DNA from: Antedon mediterranea
Taxonomy: Eukaryota > Animalia > Echinodermata
DNA: 64,000 bases
Direction: 5' to 3'
NCBI RefSeq assembly: GCF_964355755.1
Contig: NC_092670.1
Span: forward strand, 5,446,201 to 5,510,200
In this document: piece after piece, positions 11,192 to 24,216 of the stretch
Layout of the letters: every line of letters starts with the position of its first letter
Numbering within the stretch: the stretch's first letter is position 1
The notes under the pieces: model-generated
The model's input: only the letters and a program-made list of their open reading frames with translations
Told to the model about the DNA's origin: nothing
Database searches by the model: none
Made by a program: the position numbers and the translations under genes

Positions 11192-14100
11192 TCATTGATC
11201 TGATACATTATCAGCGCTTCCAATTTTGTTTAATGTAAAATTCGAAAGCTGAAAAGATAGTTTGATTACAGGATTTTTAAAAATTACTGTTATTTTATTT
11301 ATTGATTTAAATGATCATCACGTACATTCATCGTTGTCATCAAATTCGTCATCGTCATCACCAGATCATTTTCGTCACAGTCGTCGTTTACGCAAAATGT
11401 ATATTTGAAAGATACACGTATTGATATATTATTTCTATTATATTGTTCTAGTAAAACTAAAGAAAAAACTAAAAGGTGTCAACATTTTGTAATATTGTTT
11501 GTAATATTAACATCATACAGCACATCACATTTATCATGACGTATCACCACATAGAAAGTTAGACAAACCTTTGATTTTGTATCTCCTGAAGAACGAGTAT
11601 TCTTTTCATTTGATTTAGTAATTGCTCGCTTTTCTAGAATTCTATCAATGCCATTACGAACCTGTAGAAATGGAAAATTATGATTTTAAAAAAAACACGC
11701 TACTCATGTAATGTAAGTTACCACGAAAAGATTGGGATATGAAGATAACAATAATAAATATATACGTAATGCTTATTTGTAGTTTAAAATATGGTTTACG
11801 GTATTTTTTGTTTACAAAATACATCGTTTTTCTGATATTGACAAAATGAGCCTGTTTTACCTCCGAGTTTCGAACGCAGTAGAAGACAAATATAAACACA
11901 CCCTGAAACCAGAAGACGTTAGAAATTGTACGATAAGATAATAATTTCTTGGAAAATTCCATTTTTATTTTAGTTCCTTTCAAGATGAAACAAATTGCTA
12001 AAATATATAATGCAATGTAATGGTTGAGGGTACTGCATTACAAGTATGATTATTCCGTATGGGTTTCATACAAATTTCATGTGACATTTTACCTGTAAGC
12101 AGTTGAGTATTGTAAAGGCATAGACGCCGATTATATGGAGGTTGGCGAACACTCCGATGACCCACGTCGTACCAAGAATTGGGGTTAACACCATTGCTCC
12201 CTTTGCCGCCGCTCTATAAGAAAATCAACACATAAGCCTACAATACATCGTATTTTAGTGTCATTATCATCATAGTGTCATTATTGGAGAAATAAAGTGA
12301 TAGCCTTTTGATTCGATGAAATTAATATACATTTTTACTGTTCAATACACGTGATTTTACTGTAATTTTGAAAATGATACTTGCACAGTACACTTAAATA
12401 CTTACACTGTCTGTACAGTTTTGGTTGGTTTTTTGTACCCATCATCAACTGCGTCTACAACAACACACACCACTCTCACCAAGATTAGCATGTTTACCTA
12501 CAAATAAAAGTGGAATAGCAGAACCGGAACAAATTAAAAGTAAATCATAATTACAGTATGTTGTCGTCGAGTCGAAAAGGGACCATGATTGCAGATAAAT
12601 TTTGCCACCTTACTTGGCTTATAAATATAAACATTGGCAGAGACGACAAGCGTCGAAACTGTACTCTCGTCCGCCTGTATCACTCCATAAATAATAGTGT
12701 ACTCACCAGCGTAATAGCTGCCGCTGGACCAAGAAAAGCCCAGATCATGTCATTCTCCCACGAAAGCCAACAGCTAAAAAGAATACAAGCTGCAGTGTTA
12801 GTTAATAACTTGTAAGGTTGTTCTTTCAACACGCTTGATATTCAACGATAACGAACTACTGACCACTCAAAAATGAGTCAAAATTTATCGTATGAAGAAA
12901 AAGAAATGGAACGCTTGTAAGTTTAAACATAAGTTGAGGTGGTTATTTCTATATAAGCGCCTGACAAACGGATACACTTCGTGGTTCTAAAGATTACTTA
13001 CTATACTCTGCAGAACTTGGTAGATGGTAGATTTACAACTCATGTTGCAGATCTAAAAACTAATGTTGCAGATCTTAATCTTACTCATTTGCCAGATCTA
13101 AAACTAAAGTTGCAGATCAGACACATACACCGAAAGGTCAGTACTGTAAAGAGTTCATTTTTCATTTTTTTCATTTTTTTATTCGAATTCATAAAATAAC
13201 ACAACATAAAAAAAAATACAAAGAATGAATTCAGGGTAACACAAAAAAGTAACCAAAGGTCAAACCAGTTAAACTCTTCCCTGGTCAAACTTATTTCAAG
13301 TTTACCTTGCTGCGTCTGGTTCTGGTTTGTACCCATTCCACCATAGCGACGCAGTAATTGCAACTACTACAACAGGAGATCCTTTAAAAATGAGAAACGT
13401 AAATTAAATTGATTAAAAAGTTTTTTAGTTCAAACATTAACGGCTGAATTTACCAACGACTTTTACTTCGCGGTGTATATATTACGGCAATAATATAATA
13501 CAAACCCCATGCTGTTACAACGTAGTATCGAAGGTAACTTTTGCCAGATCTATACACCTTTACGACTAACAGATATAAATGCACCCCTTCCATCAACATC
13601 CAACAAAACACTGTGAGCCAGATGTAGTGCATTGCTATTGTAACGCTTTGACACATTACCTGAAAAGGATAAATAAAATAGAAAATAAAATACAATACAT
13701 TATTATATAATAACAAATATTGAATATACAAATAAAGTAAATATACTCACATCATTCTCTTTAGCTAGTGGAGCAACAAGAAAGATAACCTGAGCCAATA
13801 TTAGTGACACGACAAAATTCTTGTGTATTGTTATACGAGTTGATTTTAAAGATCTGTAAATACAAGTATGACATGTAAAAAGATACCAAATGGTTTCTAA
13901 ATCACAAAACTAGAATAATAAGCAAAACGTGAAATGATCTGTAAAAGAGAGATTATGTTAAATAAGTGGCTCGCAGTAATCTAAAAAATAATAATATTAA
14001 AAAGTACAATTAAGAACAACCTTCTTGCGTATAAAATTAACTTCTTTTGTTTAAGAATCTCAGTATCAATGTGGTTAAGTTATATATGTTTTGATAATGC

Positions 14101-17100
14101 AATTTCAGGTAAAAGCTCTTGCTATAACCTTGATGCACCAGGTACGCTAGCAAGGGATGAAGGTGTGAACTAGTTGGTTGTTGGTACTGTACTTACGGAA
14201 TGCACAACAGAACGAGAATCGTAATGAAAAGAGCAGTCAGCGAGAAAGCACATCCTATATACGTTATTATGCTCAGTGGTTCTACATGTTCATCGGGAAT
14301 CTATATATGTAATAAAAAGAGAATCAAAGTGTTGGTTTGGCAACTGTGAATGGAGAAGTCTTGTTAAGTCTATGTTGCAAGACTTTCAGCGTTCGTGATG
14401 ATAATTCAAATTTAATTCTTCAAAACTTTTAACAATACTTCACCCATATGCTTGACAAAGATGCTAATTCTCGTCCTTACATTTTTGGTAACCAATACTG
14501 CATACGATGTAGTATGATTACATGCACAATTCACTGCTTGTTCGGATTGTTCAGTTTTGCAACCGTATGTTGACCAATCCCTGAAAAATAAGTCAGTTCA
14601 AATGATACCGTTGGATAATCTGTTATCTGAAAATGTTAATATCAAATCAATAGGAACTCTATAGTAAACTATCAAGTGATAATGCTATTTATAATCGTCA
14701 AAGTGACAATAAGATCCACAACCACTTCTAACCAACCAATGCCTGTGTTTTGAGTTCTTCATTTCTAATACATATTCAAAGATATTTTGAGGGATAATAT
14801 TTTATAATAAATAATTCAACTAACTATGAAACCATGAAGTAGTGAATTATTACTCCATGATAAAACATAGGCCTACTAGTAGTAAAATCTGATCTGGTTT
14901 GATATAGAAATCCTATACCAGCCTTGAGTGTAGGTTTTGATTAAAGGAATGCAATTTTTACTAATTCGATTAACTAAACGTTGATTATGTATAACTTACT
15001 TTTCGTCTTCCTTCCAGAATGCACAAAGGTAATTTTCATTTTCATTAATATTCTAAGAAATAAAAAAAAAGCTGTCAGTAACAACTGAAAACAAAAAGAA
15101 TGAACAACCGCACACAATAAAAGGAGGCCTACCGTTACCACCAAATTTTTTCATATCCTAAACTCTAACACTCGTTCAGCAGCAAAGCAACACCATGATG
15201 GCCAACTTCAGCACCACTTCAACAATAAAGCAACAACATGATGGCCAACTTCAACATCACTTCAACAGTAAAGGAACAACATGATGACCCAACTTCAGCA
15301 CCACATCAGCAGCAAAGCAACAACATGATTGCCAACTTCAGTACCACATCACCAGCAAAGCAACAACATGATGGCCAACTTCAGCACCACTTCAGCAGCA
15401 AAGCAACGACATGATGAACGACTTCAACACCACATCAGCAGCAAAGCAACAACATGATGGTCAATTTCAGCACCACTTCAACAGTAAAGCAACAACATAT
15501 GGTAACGAACTTGCATACATTGACAAGAGAATCCATACCCAAATAAAACTCAACATCTCGGTAAAAACAAGAACCTCCACATTTTAGCTACAGTACATGC
15601 ACCAAGATTAAACCCGACGACATAAACTTTATGAAAGGCACCACAACATCAACACGTACATTTTATTAAACGTTACTTTATCTAAATATTATACCTGTTT
15701 TATGTTAAGATTAAATTCTATTGGTGTTGACTCCTTAGTTCCATTCACAGAGAAAGAGGCAGCTAACAAATCTGATCCCAGACTCACAGATTCATTCTTA
15801 CCAAATCTGTAAAAGAAGTGTTTAAGTTTATTGCCTATATGTTTATATGTTTCTTCCAAAAAGTTTTATAATTAAGAGTGGTAAAAAAGTGAAATATTGT
15901 TACTTACTTATTAATTTTACTTTTATGTTTAAAGAGTAGAAGCGCAACCACAGAGTTGAGATTTTCTGAATTTAGAAAAGATATTTTTGAAAATAATATT
16001 AAATGTGCCAAAAACATTATTATTATAATAACGTATGATACGTAATGCAATTGCATACAGATCAAACTCAGACAATATCAATCTGCTTTTTAGATTAACC
16101 AAAATTGATGTAAACTGATTTAAAAAAAATTGTCTTTACCTTTACTGTTATCCATATAAAATTCCGTAAGATTTAGACTAATTTGGTTCTCTTTCTTTGA
16201 CACATAATCAAAACTTCCATAAAAGAATTTACTAGACCTGTTTATCGAAACCTCTGAAAGAACGATACATTTTGTTCCAAAAATTTAAATTCATAATGAT
16301 GATATATTGTTGTCATCCACAATGTGAATTGTCTAAACTTCCGTGAACTAGTTTGTCAACTGGTCTACACTTAATAGCAAAATGTCGAAATCTTTTTTGA
16401 TACACTCATAATTTACTCGAGTTTGCAAGCTAAAGTTTGCTAGTGTATACTAAACCACTAGTACAATTTAAGCATAATATATTTGACTTGATTGACGTAA
16501 CGTTTAATTATAGTTCAAGTTAAAAAGTTAAGAGCTATTTCCTAGAGCACCTAGTCGTGTAAGTCTTTTACAAAGTTATTTGAAATGTTGTAAATGCTTA
16601 TGACAAGTACCAATCATGGTGAAGTAACATAACACTGGTAAAGTACTTCTCTTCTCAAAGAAGTCAATTACTATATTATTATTAATATTGTTATTGTTAA
16701 GAATATACAGTATCATTATCGTTTGTTTTTGAAGTACTGTATTCAAAATAGCAAGGAACATGCAATATTGGCATGTAATTAGATGATGCTAACTAACAAC
16801 ATGAAGTATTTGATGCTTAAGAAACTACTAAATCTACAGTAATTGTTGTGTGTGCGTGTGTGTTTTTAGTGCAATATTTGAAAATAATATGATTGGGCAA
16901 TTGGCTTACCAAGAAACTCTAAGTTCAAGTACATGGAATCATTTTCCAAAATTCCGCCTAAGTTTAATGCATACTTTTCACATTGTTTGATTATTTGGTA
17001 GATTTCCTGAAAATAAAAATTGCATGTACAGTATTAATTCGTTCTACAGCATAGATCATAACATTATATGCATTTTATAATAATTGTGTTTCTTTCAGAT

Positions 17101-20100
17101 CAGATAAGTTTTTTTTTTCTTACCTCAGAAGAACGAACTTTTGCTTCTGTCACAAAATCATTACATCTTTGAAATACAACCTGAAACATAATTTGTAGAC
17201 ATACGTATGAGTAATTCATTTGACAATATTTAAATACAAGTTTTATTTGTACCATTAAAAAGATGTTATGCACAGGATAATGCAGAATTGTAAAAAACCT
17301 ATTGAAGACATTACCATAGGATCGGAATTTTGAATATAGTCTGTCTCTCCCTCTATCCATTCCCTCAATGCGTCAGTAGTTTCCACGGCTTCTGTCGGTA
17401 TCTGTGGTACTGGTGTGGCCAGAGAAGTAACTTTGGCGGAAACCACGAATAATGTGGTTGGTATTTTTGGCTTTGTGGTTGTTAGCGTTGCAGTAGTGCT
17501 AGGGTCGTCATCACTGCTGCTGCTGCTACTGCTGCTACTGCTACTTTTACTGTCTTTGCTGCTACTGCTGTTGCTACTTTTGCTACCTTGACCCATTTTT
17601 GGCATTCGCTTCGTTCTCGTGTGTATATTTTCTAAAAAACAATTGACCATACAGTTTATTAAAATTTCCTGACGGGAATGCACAACTCAAGAAAGGAATG
17701 AAACTATTATGAATTGGTCCATTTAAATGGACGCTCGAATGTTTTAGGAACGTACATAAAGGACATTCCATTATGCTTTAAAATTGATAGAACGTAGAAA
17801 TAGTATGTTTAAGTAATTCAGCAAAAACCCTCTTGTATCTATTATAGACGATTAACAAAAGTTTATAGGTCTAATGTAAATGTCCAAAGAAAATATAAGT
17901 TGAATCAGTGACACGAATATACGGGAAGCAAAGTCTTACCTGGCCGTTTACATATAATATATGCACCTGCACATTTCAACAAATCAGTTTTGTCACTGGA
18001 AACGGAGATGCACTTCGGTTGCTTAATGGATGAACCTTAAATGAACAACACATCCCATCAAGATTAATGTACATTTGCTATTTCAAAGGATGAACTTGTC
18101 ATTCCCCAAGGTGCGGTTCAAAGAGTCTTCTTAAAATGTTCATTATAATACTAATCTTTTTCTTATTATTAGGCCTAATTATATTCCATCATCAATATCA
18201 ATATTTAGTTTTTATATATAGGCCTATACCCTCCCTTAAAGCGAACTTTGTAGATGACAAAAAAGCTTCACAAATTATGTTTTTTAGTTTATGTGCAGAT
18301 GACGATGATGATAAATAATAGCCAGAAAGGGTTATTATTTTATTATGTTTTCTTGTAAAACTTACCCTGTTTTGCATGAAGCCAAAAATTACACGGATTC
18401 TGTTAAAAGAAATAGAAATAAAAATGAATACAATTGGAGATGTTATACGTTCAAATACCGTTCTCGTCTGATCACACACGTTAAGCAACGTTGGAGACAG
18501 TAGATCTTGAATGGGAGATCATATGATAATATCAGGTGCTTTAGACCTTTCAACGAGATACATGACGTCATGCCGGACTAGTATGTGATATGCATGGGTT
18601 CGAGACCTATCTGTGCCATATTGCGTGTATCCGTAGGAAAAATACTTTACTCTCATTGCTTCGCCCTTCGACTATTAAACAAGGCCAACAGCCATTAAGT
18701 CGCGTGCTACAATGCATAGTGATACCGGACCGACAGACAGACCGACAGACCGACAGACAGACCGACCGACAGACAGACAGACCGACCGACCGACCGACAT
18801 AGTGAACTATACTGACCGAAATTACTGATAATTACTATAATGTTTAAAAATGTTGAAATGTTTAAAAACATTTATATTTTTTTAATTTACACGTGCGTAG
18901 CCTGTCACTTTTGACGTGCTCGTATAACGTAATTTCGAGTTGAAAAGTAAGTCAAGAAAACAGAAATCGGGCAAAAATAGTGCGCAATAACATTTAACAC
19001 GCAGTGCGCGCGCAAAAATATGCGCACTCATGGCAATTTTGTAAACGCTTAAAATTGCCTGAAACGTACTCTTATTTCATCGAAAATAAATTTTGAAAAT
19101 TTTAAGCGCGCGTACGCATGCGTTACATGCGCTACGCACGTAATTGTATTGCCATATGATGATTTATGCCCTGAAATTTATGAGTACCAAATTTTCTTTA
19201 ATTGTGATTCATGGTTGTGAAGTTATGATTACAAACGTGATTTCGTTAAATCGTGCGTAGACCGCGTAATTTTTTATTGCGCACCGTGAAAACATAACCA
19301 CATTGATTCCTGGCCATAAGGAATATACTGTGAAAAATTGACCTAGCTAGATTAAACTGATATCAAGATAAGGTCAGAAAGCGATAAAACGCATAGTGAT
19401 ACCGGACCGACAGACCGACAGACAGACAGACAGACAGACCGACAGACAGACCGACCAACCGACCGACATAGTGAACTATAGAGTCGCTTCCACGCGACTA
19501 AAAATTAGTAGAGTTGGTTGTAGAGCCGACGGTAAATGTGCAAAGAGTCACAAATGTTGTTGTTTGCACATTTCACGGATCAACATTAAGGGTATCTTTT
19601 CCTAGTGTGCTGTGGGGTTTCAGGTCTTGTCAGTCAAGTCAAGTATCATTTATTATCATTTGTTTTAGGAAAAACATAGAAATTCTGTTTGCTCTGTTGG
19701 CGGAGCACAATATCCATCGGACACAACACGAACTCAAAAACAAAAACATTACAAAAAAAAGTGTCTACATCATATTTAAGGCTCTAATAGATCCTGGAAA
19801 GAAACTATTTGTAAATCGTGCCTTATTGGCCTTAATAGAACGAAATCGCCGACCGCTGCGCATCAACTGGAACATACTAGAGGCCGGATGAAATTGATCA
19901 TCTTTGATAGCCACTGCCTTTTTCAGAAGACGATCCGAAAATATGTTCTCCAAAGGCAGTTGTGCAGATCCAATTATACGCAAAACTTACACAAAAAATG
20001 ATGGTTATAATGATTGTGATAGCGATGATGGGGATGTTGAGGAGGATGATATAGATGATTTTATTACATATCTTAATGTAACTTTGACCATGAACATTAT

Positions 20101-22313
20101 AGGTCCATGTTTCTGTACAGTACATTACTTCGATATGTTTCATCTGTTGATGGACGACTATGTACCATTAATATAAAAAGAGTGGTCCTATCTCACAATT
20201 TTTGTTTAGTAGGTATATAACAGATTATTATTGTCTGAACATTGTGCTACCTTATCCATACAATTTATCTGGTTCCTTTTATCGCCAATTTCATCACCGG
20301 CGGTTACTTTCAAAACCTCCAACAGATGTTTGCTGTCCCCAATTACTACCAGTTCAGAATATTTAAAATTCCTACTGCATACTAATTGTGTATCTTGTAA
20401 GTTTCTGCTTGTTGTATATACCAGCCTATAACACGTTCCATTATGATGTTTCCATCCAAATGAACACGTCGCACCTACTGGTGTAAACCCTTGTGGAAAA
20501 GAGATTAGTGTTGTTATTTGGCCCAGCTACTATTATTGTTTTGTCTTTTGTGGCATCTTCCAACTTTTTATTATCAGACCAAACATGTTACATTAGAATA
20601 AATACTTTAATTTACATACAGAAAATAGTGTCGCAGACATTACATTCGGTCACAGAAAAAAATTAAACGATTAATTAAGAGAATTATCAGTTTGATTATT
20701 GGCAAAATTATTACACATCTTTTTATTTGTTTAGTTTTTACAATATTTTTCAAAAGATCATACATGTATAATCCCATATTTAATATAAAAAAAAAACACA
20801 ATGTAAGACTTTAAAAATGTGGAAATTAAAAGATCAATTTGCAAGTGTTTGTAAATGTTATATTAGATCCGGTAATATTTTGAAACATATTTTGTTTCAT
20901 TGCCAAATTCCTTCATTGTAAGTTATTATAATAAAAGGAAGCAACACAACGCTTGTATATTCTTTCACACTGAGCAGGTTGAAACAACGCAATAGTGCGT
21001 AAAGATAATACAGCCTCTCCTATTTGGTGGCTAAATATTTCTTTTAATATTTCTTACCCATTCATTGTTGACGTTCTTTGGTAGATTTGATTTTTTAAAA
21101 AGAAAAAACCTTCAACAGACAAACAAAATTTTTTTTTGATATAGTTTTCCTAGATCCAGGTTAATCTCCCGACCTCTATATCCGTGTTAATCGAACTTCC
21201 TATTTACCTATAATATAAAATACATTTGGAGGTCCGCGACCCATCCTATTCATAACAACAATACTTGCTGTTTCCAAAGTGTTTTTAGTGTTCATAATAC
21301 CAGAACTGTATTTTACAGTTTTCGAGGTTAGGTTAGTTACATATACCTTGTTATATTTCCTAACTAACAGTTTATTGTTTATCTCTTTCCGTTAAAATTC
21401 TGTTGTTTGTCAGTCTGGTTTTTAGAATTCATGTATTTGGGATTAGGACTATGAATTATTTGTGTTACTAAGACCAAAATAAATATGCTAACGATATCAT
21501 ATGTAGAAATTATATTAATTATAGGCGCTGGTAAATAAAACATACTGTCTGACATTATTAATCATCAAAACTCGCTTATTACCTCGAAATTATCTCCCGA
21601 GGTTAATTTACAAAATGTGGAAATCAAATCAATAGCAATATATGAATAGAGAATGTGAATATTAGCGTGATAAATTTTCAATGGCGTCTAATTAATTTAG
21701 TGCGCATTGATATTTGGATACTCACAACAAGTATTATGGTATAGTATCTAACAATACCATGACCAAGTGGATACTGTACATTTTTATAAATAAATAATGA
21801 TAATTGGCCTAGGTCTACTAATGATTACAGATCCCATGGTCAATGGTTACCAACATCTAAAGCATATACAGTACGGCAAAACTTTACTGCAATCGACATT
21901 TTTTTGAGATTCTATTTTTACTTTCGTTCGACATTTCTGGGCGACCATCTCGTCTACGTGCAGATCACATAGAGGTCAAGCTACATTTTCCCAACGCACA
22001 CATGCTTTGTCACGCATCCCTACAAACTATTCGTCGATTTAAACACACCTTCATAATTCACTTACTTAGCCCTGTAGTCCGGGATAACCCAAACTTTTGA
22101 TTAGATTATACAATGATGTTGCCATAATATTGGGAAGCTGTTCATTTATCACACCAGTGTCCATCTCTGGTTGTCAATATGTAGGCCTAAGTAGGCCTAC
22201 CTCTTACAGGTCACTATTGCTAATTTCAAGTATTGATAGTATATACAAAAATATGTCTACAAAAACTTACCAATGATTGCTATTCCAATCATTATTCTAA
22301 CCAATGAAGTCAT
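11192..22313 (-). CDS. Adhesion GPCR, tandem copy A (C-type-lectin-like domain, furin site, Ser/Thr stalk, GAIN/GPS, 7TM), ~742 aa
   Basis: 22 coding exons with canonical AG/GT and consistent phase: 22313-22271, 20489-20251, 18399-18366, 18035-17940, 17631-17315, 17180-17124, 17006-16910, 16253-16140, 15965-15908, 15806-15695, 15052-15000, 14580-14481, 14300-14197, 13853-13751, 13659-13506, 13381-13306, 12773-12707, 12497-12406, 12213-12093, 11902-11861, 11661-11569, 11248-11192 (2229 nt in total). GPS: CAFW...WSTYGC...CACNHTTSYAVL. Family-B 7TM motifs: IHKNF, HYIWLTVFCWMLMEGVHLY, CWLS, NCLQGVFIFVFYC. Confidence 0.9.
15175..15499. repeat. 43-bp minisatellite, ~7.5 units, intronic in GPCR copy A
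   Basis: Unit approximately CAGCAGCAAAGCAACAACATGATGGCCAACTTCAGCACCACTT; units start at 15177, 15220, 15263 and so on. Confidence 0.9.
18677..19504 (+). mobile_element. DINE-1/HINE-like (Helentron-associated) non-autonomous element
   Basis: Begins AAACAAG. Subterminal inverted repeat AGTCGCGTG (18698) / CACGCGACT (19491), a 3' stem-loop AGTCGC-TTCCAC-GCGACT and an A-run end. The (GACA/GACC)n microsatellite block is present twice. Absent from the paralogous intron of copy B. Confidence 0.7.
19631..19983 (-). mobile_element. 5'-truncated Rex1/Babar-type LINE 3' end
   Basis: The peptide HPASSMFQLMRSGRRFRSIKANKARFTNSFFPGSIRALN is typical of a Rex1/Babar ORF2 C-terminus. It is followed by AATAAA and a (CTTGA)n tail. 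Confidence 0.8.
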
Positions 22314-24164
22314 TGTGGTTCTGCCTTTGTACTGTGATCTGCAAATAGAATTAACGACATGGTATTACATAATATCATAATTACGATGCTTTATATATTA
22401 AATTTGACCTCGACCCATACTAAAAGTCAAAATAACTTCACTCTCTGAAAATGCCAAAACACAACGCACACTCATTCATTGTCATTTACCCGCTTTTTCT
22501 TTTTACATTTTTAATTGATCTAGTCTAATAACTGTTGGAGCGTATCTATAGATAAGAAAGTAATATTTGAATTTTAAAATGTTGACCAGAATAACATTAC
22601 TGTTATGCTGCTAGTGGCGCCTCGTACCCATACATGAGTTTTCTAGATTGGTTTCTTCTTCTAAACTGTTAATGTTGACTGTCTTATCGCCAGTTTATTT
22701 TTATGCTTTTTATTTTTTTTATAAAATATTTCTGATTGGGTGATAACTTTTGAAATGATGATGTTTATAATTATATCATGTACTTTTCTTTTCGGTTTTT
22801 ATTACGATGATATTATTATAATTGTTTCGGACTTAGGCCTACTTTTGTTGCGTATTTGTTTATACCTAGTTAAAAGATCTTCGACATAATAAAACTCATC
22901 CTTAGTTTCTAGTTGAAATATCTTTACTTATATTGTTGATCCCGTGGCTCTATATTGAAATATTCTATTAAAACTAGATCCTATTTTTAGTTTATCATGG
23001 GAACAGATAATAATGGACAATCAAATTGTTGATTTTCCAACCGTTTTCCATCTTAAATTAATACGGTAATCGTTAAGTTCCTTAAATTATCTTCGTTTTT
23101 GAATATTCAAGTGTTCCCAAAATGCCCGGCCGGCAATTATCTTAACTTGAACCAGCGTTTTAATGACCAATAAAGGAAATAAGGTTAAACCCGTAGTTAA
23201 TTTAATTAGTCAATAGTTTAATAATTTCTAAAAATACAATAATTATACTAGCTTTATGTAAACATAAACAGTTGAATAATGTTTTATGAATATTCATACA
23301 ATTTCAGTCACCTCTAATGGAATTATTTCTTACGCTATGCCATAACAGTTATCCTCTGCTATACCATAACAGTTATAATTATTTAATTTCTGTATGATTT
23401 TGTTAATTTTAAATCATAATGTATTGTGTGTATTATGGAAAGCAATAAATATTACAAATAAACAAACAAATCACTAGTAGACATACAGATCTAGATACAG
23501 TAATCCTATACTATCGTACATCCAGTATTACACCAGTCAAACTCGTTTTTCGTTTCTATATTTCTATAATGTTATGACACAAAGGAAGCAATTCAAGCAT
23601 TAAGGAAACCGAAATCAAACCACGATCAACAATTAATATTTTACCAGCCTCATATTCCCAAAAAGAAAGTCGGTCAGTTGTCTTAATTCTATTTTCTCAG
23701 TTCATTGTAGTATCTTACATGTATCTCTCACATAGGCTTTAGTGAATGGATTGGATAAGAAAATAAAGATTGTTCAGATATAAAATCATTCAACAACAAG
23801 CAGCCAAGAAATCAAAACGAAATGTATTATGAACCATAACTCGGGATCAAAATACTTATATAGATAAAGATAATCGCATCGATTATATTTATTTAATAGG
23901 CATAGCCTAATTAAGGATTTAGTTAATTCAACTGATCAGGTCATAAAGTGAACACTTGTTACACAATGTCTTACCTTAATTAAATGTTGTGAAGTGCATT
24001 TAAAACTTGAATTATTCCATTATATCTAATTCACTATTTCAGTTGATATGACGCTTGGTTATATTGTTATTAGTAACACAATGATATTGATCACACGTTC
24101 CTAGATTCTTCTGAATTTTGCACACCGCTAACTTAAATAATGCAATTTGTAGACTGATAACAAG

Positions 24165-24216
24165 CCCATGGACTCGCCATAGTTACGACCAATCAGGACG
24201 TGTCTTGCGCTTTCGT
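24165..24216 (-). promoter_or_regulatory. Conserved promoter block of GPCR copy A (X-box-like + CCAAT)
   Basis: CTCGCCATAGTTACGACCAATCAG is conserved with 41138-41162, and lies ~200 bp upstream of a conserved GTAAG donor (exon end 23975). Confidence 0.5.

Noticed and set aside
15175-15499. Minisatellite as CRISPR array or Gln/His-rich coding exon
   Set aside because: The units are contiguous with no spacers, the 43-bp period breaks frame, and it lies in an intron of an opposite-strand gene.
18590-19605. ORFs with QTDR repeats
   Set aside because: Translations of the (GACA/GACC)n microsatellite inside the HINE-like element.
21725-21770. Imperfect palindrome TATGGTATAGTATCTAACAATACCATG as a third P-like scar
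   Set aside because: Too many mismatches in the arms and flanks to distinguish from chance in AT-rich DNA.
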